Shown here piece by piece: positions 53,847 to 64,000 of a DNA stretch of 64,000 bases (positions within the stretch are counted from its first letter, which is position 1; the number at the start of each line of letters is the position of its first letter). The stretch lies in NCBI GenBank assembly GCA_013239625.1, contig MU053995.1, positions 310,001 to 374,000 on the forward strand, read 5' to 3'. Under the pieces are notes generated by a model that was not told where the DNA came from, made no database searches, and saw only the letters and a program-made list of their open reading frames with translations. Made by a program: the position numbers and the translations under genes. This stretch comes from Lama guanicoe. Lineage: Eukaryota.

Positions 53847-54963
53847 AATAAACAAATGGGACCTAATGAAACTTACAAGCTTCTGCACAGCAAAGGAAAC
53901 CAGAGAAGAAAATCTATGGAATGGGAGAAAATTTTTGCAAGTGAAACCGACACAGGCTTGATCTCCAGAATATATAAGCAGCTCATACAACTCAATAAGA
54001 AAAAAATAAACAACCCAGTCCAAAAATGGGCAGAAGACCTAAGCAAGCAATTCTCCAAGGAAGACATACAAATGATCAAAAAGCACATGAAAAAATGCTC
54101 AATATCACTAATTATCAGAGAAATGCAAATCAAAACTACATTGAGGTATCACCGCACACCAGTCAGAATGGCCGTCATTCAAAAATCCAAAAATGACAAA
54201 TGCTGGAGAGGCTGTGGAGAAAGGGGAACCCTCCTACACTGCTGGTGGGAATGCAGTTTGGTGCAGCTACTATGGAAAACAGTGTGGAGATTCCTCAAAA
54301 GACTAGGAATAGACTTACCATAAGACCCAGGAATCCCACTCCTGGGCACATATCCAGAAGGAACCCTACTTCAAAAAGACACCTGCACCCCAATGTGCAT
54401 AGCAGACTATTTATAATAGCCAAGACATGGAAACAGCTTAAATGTCCATCGACAGATGACTGGGTAAAGAAGAGGTGGTATATTTATACAATGAAATACT
54501 ACTCAGCCATAAAAACTGACAACATAATGCCATTTGCAGCAACATGGATGCTCCTGGAGAATGTCATTCTAAGTGAAGTAAGCCAGAAAGAGAAAGAAAA
54601 ATACTATATGAGATCGCTCATATGTGGAAACTAAAAAACAAAAACAAAAACAAACAAACAAAAACAAAGCATAAATACAGGACAGAAATAGACTCACAGA
54701 CAAAGAATACAGACTAGTGGTTACCAGGGGGGTGGAGGGTGGGAAGAGATAGACTGGGATTTTAAAATTGTAGAATAGATAAACAAGATTACACTGTATA
54801 GCACAGGGAAATATACACAAAATGTTATGATAACTCACAGAGAAAAAAATGTGACAATAAGTGTGTATATGTCCATGAATGACTGAAAAATTGTGCTGAA
54901 CACTGGAATTTGACACAACATTGTAAAATGATTATAAATCAATAAAAAACGTTAAAAAAAAAA
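53847..54963 (+). mobile_element. Young 5'-truncated L1 with poly(A) and 16-bp TSD
   Basis: ORFs 53856..54323 and 54200..54634 are ORF2 C-terminal. TSD AAGAATTCCCA(G/A)TAAG at 53831-53846 and 54964-54979. Confidence 0.93.
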
Positions 54964-56494
54964 AAGAATTCCCAATAAGGTTAACACCCATCTTCTATTC
55001 AGAAAAACTTTAGGTTACAAGATGGCAGGATAACATAGTTAAACTGTTGAAAGAAAAAAAATAAAACAGTCAATGATGAATTTTATAATGAGCAGCTACT
55101 GTGGAAACTGAAAGAGAAATTAAGACTTTCCCAAATAAAAACTGAAAGCTGAATGCTGTTAGACTTATCCCACGAAAGTCATAAATATAAATGAAGAACA
55201 CTGGTAAAACCTAAGTAACTCAATGTATCATACCAGTAGTATGGTATATTTGTGATTCTTCCCTTTTTTCCATACAGAATTTAAAAACAAGTGCATAAAA
55301 CATTAATTATAAATCTGTGTTAAAGGGCACACATTGTATAAAGATACAATTTGTGACAGTAACATAATGGCAGAGAAGAAATGGGGCTGTTTATAAAAAG
55401 AAGTTTTGTAAACTGTTTATCCTAAAATGAAATTAAATTGAATAAGAATGTTTTAAATTTAAGATATTAATTTTAATCCCCGGGGAAATCATCACAAAAA
55501 TTTATATATAAATTAAAATTAGAACACTATAAAAACTAAAGGAAACAAAGGCAGTATTTGGGAAACTGAGTAACAGTTCTGAGGAACAAAAGTGATAAGA
55601 CATATGGAAAACAAATAGAATGTCAAAGGTAAGCCCTTTTTAATTGGTAATTAACTTAAGTGTAGATGAATTAAAATTCTAATTAAAAGGCAGAGATAAG
55701 TAGAATATATATAATCCTGTCTATCAGAGACTCACATTAGATCTAAAAACACCAACAGGTATAGCATAAAAAGAAGAAAATACCCCATGTCAATGGTAAA
55801 CAAAAGAGAATTGGGATGGTGATACTAACACCAGATAAGAGACCATATGAAAAACTGTTACATGAATCAAAGAAGAACATTATATAAGGAGAGGAGTTAA
55901 TAAGGCAAAGATATATAACAGTTATTAACTTATAAATACATGTAACAGATAAAGCTACCGAACAGATGAAGCAAAATGGTAGAACTGAGAGGAACTACAA
56001 TAGTAGTTGGTGACTTCAATATCCTACTTCCTATAGTGAACTGAACACTCAATAGAAAAATCACCAAAGAAACAGCCTTAAACAAAACTATAAACCAGTT
56101 AAGACCTAAAGCTACATATAGAACACATTACTTTAAAAATCACAACAGTCTTCTCAATAACATGAGAAACATTCTCTGGGATGGAATACGTAATAGACAA
56201 CAATAAAACTATCAAAATTTTAAAAAATACTACAATCATAAAAATTTTTCTTATGGGGTAGGGGTAGATAAATTGGGAGCCTGATGTCTGCAGATACTGC
56301 TTTACTACATCAAAAGCAGATGAACAAGTTTATACTGTATAGCACGAAGAACTATATTCAATATCTTGCAGTAATCTGTAATAAAAAATATGAAAAGGAA
56401 TAAAAAATTTTCTTGAACTATAATACAGAGAAACTAGAATACATTCATTCTATTGTGGCAAAAAGAACATAGTTTAGTTTCCATCCTTTTTAAT

Positions 56495-56590
56495 GTATTT
56501 TTTTTATTTTACTTTACTATTTCATTTATTTTATTTTTCACTTTATTTATATTTTATTTATTTTTTATTTTTTTATTATTTTATTTTGTT
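56495..56590. repeat. (TTTTA)n-like low-complexity tract
   Basis: Imperfect T/A microsatellite. Confidence 0.85.
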
Positions 56591-56990
56591 TTAATGGCAT
56601 AGCTTAAGTTTTGCCCTAGAGAATGTTCCAAATGTACCTGACAAGAAAAGAATATCATGTTGCTGCTGAGATTCCAGATTGTTTCCAGAGATGTGTGTCA
56701 AGCTAACAGGTTTATCATATTGTTCAAGTCTTCTATTTCCTTAGTGACCTTCTGTCTAGTCATTATACTCTTTGCTGAAGTAAGGCACCAATGTCTCCAA
56801 CTGTTATGTTGAATGATTTCTTCCCTCATTACTGTCACTTCTGCTTCATGTATTTTCATGTTCTGTTATTAGAAAAGAATTATTAGACTGCAGCAAAGGC
56901 AATGATCAACTGAAAATTACACCTTTAAAAGCTTACATTAAAAAAATCTCAAGTCAGTAATCTAACTTTATACCTTAAGGAATTAAAAAA

Positions 56991-59900
56991 GAAAGAGTGG
57001 CAGCAAAACAAAAGAAACAAATAACATACAAGGGAACTCCCATAAGGTTATCAGCTAATTTTTCAGCAGAAACTCTACAGGCCAGAAGGGAGTCCCGGAA
57101 TATACTTAAAGTGATGAAAAGGGAGAACTTACAAGCAAGAATACTCTATCCAGCAAGGCTCTCATTCACTTTTGATGAAGAAATCAAAACCTTCACAGAT
57201 AAACAAAAGCTAAAAGACTTCAGCACCACCAAATCAGCTTTACAACAAATGTTAAAGAAATTTCTCCAGGTAGAAAAGAAAGGGCCACAACTAGATATAA
57301 GAAAATTACAAATGGGAAAGAAAGCTCACCAGTAAAGGCAAACATACAGTAAAGGCAGGAAATCAGCACAAAAACTAATTGGGAAGTTAAAAGACAAAGG
57401 TAGTAAAATTATCTGTATCCACAATAAGCAGGTAAAGGATACACAAGACAATTAGATGTAAAATATGACAGTAAAACCAGTAATTGTGAGGGGAGGAGAG
57501 TATGAATGCAAGGTATCTAAAATGCATTTGAAATTAAGAGATCATTAATTTAAAACAATCATGTATATACATAGACTTCTATATATCAAAACCTCATGGT
57601 AACTGCAAACCAAAAATCTCAAACAGATACACACAAAAGAAAGGAATCCAAATGTAATGCTATAATCATCACTCACGAGAGAAAAGAACAAAAAGAAGGG
57701 GAAAAGAGACAAAAACAAATCCAAAGCAATTAACAAGATGGCAGTAAGAACACACTTATCAGTTATTACCTTAAATGTAAATGGATTTAACGCTCTAACC
57801 AAAAGACACAGACTGGCTGAATGGACACAAAAACAAGACCCACATAAATGCTGTCTATATAAATGCTGTCTACAAGAGAACCACTTCAGAGCTAGAGACA
57901 CGTGCAAGTTAAATACGAGGGGATGGAAAAAGACATTCTATGCAAACAGAAAGCAAAAGAAAGCTGGAGTAGCAATACTTCTATCAAAGAAAATAGATTT
58001 TAAAATAAAGACTGTTATAACAGACAAAGAAGGACATATAATGCTCAAGGAATCAATCCAAGAGGAAGATGTAACAATTGTAAATATATATGCAGCCAAC
58101 ATAGGATCACCTCAATATAAGGCAACTGTTAACAGACGTAAAAGGAGAAATGGACAATAACACAATAATGTGGGGGATCTTAACACCCCACCTACATCAA
58201 TGGACAGATCATCCAGATAGAAAATCAGTAAGGAGACACAGTCCAAAGGACACATTAGACCAGATGGACCTAATTGATATCTATAGAGCATTTTATCTGG
58301 AAGCAGCAGTATATACATTCTTCTCAGGTGCAAATGGCACATTCTCCACACAACCACATGCTGGCCCACAAAGCAAGCCTCTGCAAATTTAAGAAAACTG
58401 AAATCATACCAAGCATCTTTCCTGACCACAAAGCTATAAGGTTAGAAATCAACTACAAGAAAAAAAAACTGCAAAAACTGCAAACACTTCAAGGCTAAAG
58501 AATATACTATTAAACAATCAATGGATCACTGAAGAAACCAAAGAGGAAGTCAAAAAATATTTTCAAACAAATAAAAAAAACCACAAGGATCCAAAGCCTC
58601 TGGGACACAACAAAAGCAGTTCTCAGAGGGAAGTTTGTAGCAATACAAGCCTACCTCAGGAAACAAGAAAAATCTCAAATTAACAACCTAACCTTACATT
58701 TAAAGCAGCTGGAGAAAGACGAACAAACCCTAAAGTTCAAAGACAAGAAAGGTTAAAAGATTAGAGCAGAAATTAATGAAAGAGACTAAAAAATATAGAA
58801 AGGATCAATGAAACTAAAAGCTGGTTCTTTGAAAAGACAAAATTGATAAGCCTCCAATCACACTCATTAAGAGAAAAGGGAAGAAGGCCCAAATTAATAA
58901 AATCAGAAATGAAAAAGAAGTTACAACTGACACCACAGAAATACAAGGGATCATTAAGAGGCCCCTAACAGCAACTATACACCAACAGAAAAGACAGCTC
59001 AGAAGAAACGGACAATTTGTTAGAAAGATACAATCTGTCAAGACTGAATAAAGAAGAAACATAAAATATAAATAGACCTATTACCAGTACTAAAATTGAG
59101 TCAGTTATTAAAAATCTCCCAATAAACCAAAGTGCAAGACTATACGGCTTCACAGATGAATTCTACCAAACATTTAGAGAAGAGTTAACACCTAACCTTC
59201 TGAGTCTATTCCAAAACATTTCAGAGGAAGGAACACCTCCAAACTCATTCTATGAGGCCATCATCACCCTGATACCAAAACCAGACAAAGACATCACAAA
59301 AAAAGAAAACTACAGGCCAGTATCAGTTATGAATATAAATGCAAAAATCCTCAACAAAATACTAGGAAATCAACTCCAACAATGCACTAAAAGGATCACA
59401 CACCATGAGCAAGTGGGATTTATCGCAAGGATTCAGGGAGTTTTCAATATCCACTAATCAATCAATGTGATACATGACATTAACAAACTGAAAAATAAAA
59501 ACCGTATGATCATCTCAATAGATGCAGGAAAAGCTTTTGGTACAATCCAGCATCCATTTCTAATAAAAACCCTCCAGAAAAGTGGGCATAGACAAAGCAT
59601 ACCTCAATATAACAAAGGCCATAAATGACAGACCCACAGCTAACATACTTAATCGGTAAAAGCTGAAAGCATTTCCTGTAAGAACAGGAACAAGACAAGG
59701 ATTCCCACTTTCACCACTTTTATTCAACATAGTTATAGAAGTCCTAGCAAAAGCAACCAGAGAAGAAAAAGAAATATAAGGAATCCAAATTAGAAATGAA
59801 GAAGTAAAACTGTCACTGTTTGCCAATGACATGATACTATACATAGAAAACCCTGAAGAGGCCACTGGAAAACTACTAGAACTCATCAATAAATTCCATA

Positions 59901-61800
59901 AAAATTTGGGATATGAAATTTATATATAGAAATCAGTTGCATTTCTGTGCACTAACAATAAAGCATCAGAAAAAGAAATTATGGAAACAATCCCATTTAC
60001 CACCTCATCAAAAAAGAACAGAATATCTAGCAATAAATGTACTTAAGGAGGCAAAGGACTTGTGCTCTGAAAAGTACAAGCTGAAAGAAACTGAAGATGA
60101 CATAAACAAATGGAAAGCTATACCATGTTTTGGATGGGAAGAGTCAATATTGTTAAAATGGTCATACTACCCAAGGCATTACACAGATTCAATGCAATCC
60201 CTATCGAATTACTAGTGATGTTTTTCACAAAACTGGAATTTTAAATTTGTATGGAAACCCAGACACTGAATAGCCAAGACAATCTTGAGAAACGAGAACA
60301 GAGCTAGGGGAATCATGTGCCCTTCCTTCAGACTATACTGCAAAGCCACAGTAATCAAAACAATATGGTACTGGCACAAAAACAGACATACAGATCAGTG
60401 GAACAGGATAAAAAGTCCAGAAATGAATGCACACACTTATGGTCTATTAATCTATGACAAAGGAGGCAAGAATACACAATGGACAAAAGACAGTCTCTCC
60501 AATTGGCGGTGCTGGGAAAACTGGACAGTTACCAGTAAAAGACTGCAGTTAGAATGTTCTCTAACACCATATACTAAAATAAATTCAAAATAGATTAAAG
60601 ACCTGAATGTAAGACTAGATACTATAAAACTCCTAGAGTAAAACAAGGCAGAACACTCATGGACATAAATCAGAGCAATACTTTTTTTTTTGAACCAGCT
60701 CCTAGAGTAACAGAAATAAAAGTAAAATAAATTTAAGATCTTTTGCACAGTAGAGGAAAGCATAAACAAATAAACACAATCTTCAGAATGGGAGAAAATA
60801 TTTGCAAATGATGCTACCAGCAAATGCCTAATTTCCAAATTACACTGTAATATAAAAAAAAAAAGCAACCCAATCAAAAAAGGCAGAACTACACAGACAT
60901 TTCTCCAAAGATGACCTCCAGGTAGATGGCCAACAGGCACGTGAAAAGATGTTCGATATCACAAATTATCAGAGAAACACAGAACAAAACAATAATGAGG
61001 CACCATCTCACACCATCAGAATGGCCATCACTGGAAAATTTACAAACTATAAATGCTGGAGAGGGTGTGGAGTAAAGGGAATCCTCCTACACTGTTGGTG
61101 GGAATGTGGTTTGGTGCAGACACTGTGGAAGACAGTATAGAGATGCCTTAAAAAACTAAAAAACAGACTTACCATATGATCCAGCAATCGCATTCCCAGG
61201 CATATATTGGAACAAAACTCTAATTCAAAAACATACATGCAACCCTATGTTCATAGCAGCACTATCTACAATAGCCAAGATATGGAAGCAACCTAAAGCA
61301 ACCTAAAGTCCACTGACAGATGACTGGATAAAGAAGATATGGTATATGTATACAATGGAATACTTCTCAGCCATAAACAAGAAAAATGCCATTTACAGCA
61401 ACATGGATGTACCTGTAGATCATCATTCTACGTGAAGCCAGAAAGAGAAAGAAGAAATACCATATGATATTAATTATATGTGTAATCTAAAAAAAGACAA
61501 ACAGATTTATTGCAAAACTGAAACAGACTCACAGACAAAGAAAACAAATATGGTTACCAGTGTGGGAAAGGGATAGAAAGGATAAACTGGGAGTTAAAGA
61601 GATTTGCAGATATTAACAAATATATATTAAATAAATAAATAAACAAGTTCATACTGCATAGCACAGGAACTATATTCAATATCTTGTAATGACTTACGGT
61701 GACCATAAATATGACCATATGTTCATGTACGAGCAAAACATTATACTGTATATATACAAGAAAATGACACATTGTAAACTGACTATACTTCAATAAAATT
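56991..61800 (+). mobile_element. 4.8-kb 5'-truncated L1 (ORF1 C-term, full-span frameshifted ORF2, 3'UTR)
   Basis: ORF 56997..57335 (ITYKGTPIRLSANFSAETLQARRE, ORF1). ORF 57738..58160 (TLNVNG, EN). RT LFANDMILY at ~59815-59845. AATAAA at ~61792. Confidence 0.93.
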
Positions 61801-62287
61801 CAGAAATTGACAAAAAAAAAGGAAACTAAACCCAAAGCTTGCAACACAAAGAAAGTAGAGTAGAATATCTGGAACAGAGAATACAAAAACAATATAGAAA
61901 ACCAGTGAAATCAGACACTATTTCTTTGAACATTCAGTAAAATTTACAAAATTTTAGGGAGACTGATTAAAAAAAAAACTCAAAGAACTACAACAGAAAA
62001 TAAAAGGGGGACAGTATAGAAAGTCTCCTTAAACTTTTCAAAAATACTGATAAGAAAACATTTCATAATTTATACCATAATGTCATCATTCCCTTAATAC
62101 CAAAGCCAGACAAAGATATACAAGAAAATGACAAATCAATAGCTCTCAGGAATATAGATGTAAACCCCCCAATAAACCTAATCTAGTAGTATGTTAAAAT
62201 CATTATATAATACAGTCAACTTCTGTTTATCCAAGGAACACACAGATGAGTCAAAATACAACAATCAATCAATATAACATACCACAT

Positions 62288-62642
62288 TGTTTTGAGGTGA
62301 AATAACCCAACCCTCAATCTCTGAATGTAACTGAATTTGGAGAAAGGCCTCTAAAGATGTAACTAAAGCAAAATAAGGCAACTGGGTGGCCAATCTGACT
62401 GGTGTCAGATAAGAACAAGGAACTTAAGACAAGGACATACCAGGGATGCACACACACACAGAAATAAGGTCTGAAGACAAAACATCATATGGCCCTCTGT
62501 AAGTCAAAGAGAGACCTCAGAAGAAAACAAATCTGCCAACACACGATTTCAGACTTTTGGTCTCCACATCTATGAAGAAATACATTTCTGTTAAGCCATC
62601 TCATCTATGATACTTTATATGACAGCCTCAGCAAATAAATAC
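62288..62642 (+). mobile_element. MLT1A/B-type solo LTR
   Basis: aatctgactggtgtc..gacctcagaagaaa..ttctgttaagcca..gcaaataaatac. Confidence 0.7.
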
Positions 62643-62654
62643 TTGTATGACTAC

Positions 62655-62883
62655 AACCAGAGATTGGCTCCATGGATTAGTTCCAGGACCCCCTGAAGAT
62701 CCCCATATTCTGAGTGCTCAACTTCTTCATATAAAATGGTATAGTATAATCAGCACTTTGTATCCATGGGTTTTGAAACCTGTGAACACAATAGGCTGAC
62801 TATATATATATATTCATTGATGAAAATCTGCACATAAGTGATTTTGCATAGTCCAAACCCATGCTATTCAAGGGTCAATTGTA
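62655..62883. mobile_element. MER2/Tigger2-derived MITE
   Basis: gattagttccaggacccc start; ..aaacccatgctattcaagggtcaattgta end. Confidence 0.65.
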
Positions 62884-63356
62884 CAATCTTAATTCAATCA
62901 AAGAAATACATCAAGAGAATAAAAATCAAAATAGATGCAGGAAATATCTAAACAGATGCAGGAAAAACACATAATAAAATCCAATGCCCTTTCATGATAG
63001 AAACACTTCAAGACAAGGAATAAAAAAGAATTTCCTAAACATGATAAAGAACATCTAGCAAAAGACAACATTAACATTTTACTTAATAGCAAAATACTGG
63101 ATAATTTTCTCTTAAGATTAAGCATAAGAAAAGAACATTTCCTCTTGCTACTACTATTCAATATTGTACTGGAATTTCTAGGAGGTTAGGCATGAAAAAA
63201 TTCTAGCATTAGTCAAGAAGATACTCAGATTGGAATGGATGAAGTAAAACTTTATTAGAAGATGACATACTCTTGTATTTAGAAAATCCTAAGGAATGCA
63301 CTAAAAATCTATTAGAATTCACAAATAAGCTCAGTAAAGTTGCAGAATACAGGATT

Positions 63357-63396
63357 AATAATAATAATAATAATAGTAATAATAATAATAATAATA
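63357..63396. repeat. (AAT)n microsatellite
   Basis: About 13 AAT units with one interruption. Confidence 0.95.
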
Positions 63397-64000
63397 GTCA
63401 ATTGTATTTCTACTGACTTACAAAAAATCCAATTATGAAATTAAGAAAACAATTCCATTTACAATAGTCATTACTAATTTTAAAGTTTTAAATACATTTA
63501 ACAAAAGCACAAAACTTGTACTCTGAAAACCACCAATAATTTCTGAAAATAATTAAACATCTAAACAACTAAAAAAAATTCTATGTTCTGATAGGAAAAC
63601 TTAATATTGTTAAGATAATAATACTTTACAAATTCATTTACTTAGTAAGAAAGTGCAATCCTTACAATACCAGCTGACTGTGTTGAAGAAATTGACAAGT
63701 GTATTTTAAACTGGAACTGCAGGGACCAGAGTAGACAAAACTATCTTGCAAATGAAGAAAGTAGGATGACAGACATTCATGATTTCAAAAATTACTACAA
63801 GCAACAGTAATTAAGACTGTGGTAAAGGCATAAGGAAAAATCTATAATTTTTAGATATATGGCTTTATTTCTGTATTCTTAAGGAATGGAACAGAATTGA
63901 AAGTACAGAAATAAAGCCATGCATATATCATCAACAGACTTTTGACAAGGGTACCAGGACTACACAAAGACTTCTCAACCAATGATGCTAGAATACCTGG

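Larger units (their letters stand above)
53660..64000 (+). mobile_element. Old fragmented host L1 (ORF1 end, ORF2) carrying several later insertions
   Basis: ORF1-like 53660-53846 and 54964-55200, EN-like 55620-56250, ORF2 56870-56990 resuming at ~61805 and continuing to the window end. Confidence 0.7.

Noticed and set aside
57738..61460. L1 ORF2 as an active gene
   Set aside because: Multiple frameshifts and stops, catalytic FADD changed to FAND, and the element is 5'-truncated

Overview
Mammalian, AT-rich, repeat-dense genomic DNA carrying the 5' half of a ZFX/ZFY-family zinc-finger gene on the minus strand. The N-terminus (MDEDELELQPQEPNSFFDGIG) is ZFY-type, so this is most likely Y-chromosomal. 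The tRNA-derived SINEs resemble camelid Vic-1, which suggests a camel/alpaca-type genome. The gene comprises a CpG-island promoter (~41.1-42.5 kb), a non-coding first exon (donor at 41934), a 135-nt 5'UTR exon (39515-39649), the first coding exon (13697-13785, ATG at 13757) and the 570-nt acidic-domain exon (8791-9360). The remaining exons lie left of the window. The rest is nested L1s, MaLR/ERVL/ERV1 LTR elements, Tigger/Tc2/hAT DNA transposons, SINEs, and a decayed NDUFA3 processed pseudogene that the ORF track missed. I found no clearly new biological system. The best leads are post-transcriptional controls on ZFY (a 5'UTR exon with uORFs in all three frames, an overlapping uORF, a candidate 32-nt poison micro-exon, a second first-exon donor) and a same-orientation ERV upstream of the promoter. 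Repeat family names come from recalled consensus sequences and repeat boundaries are approximate.
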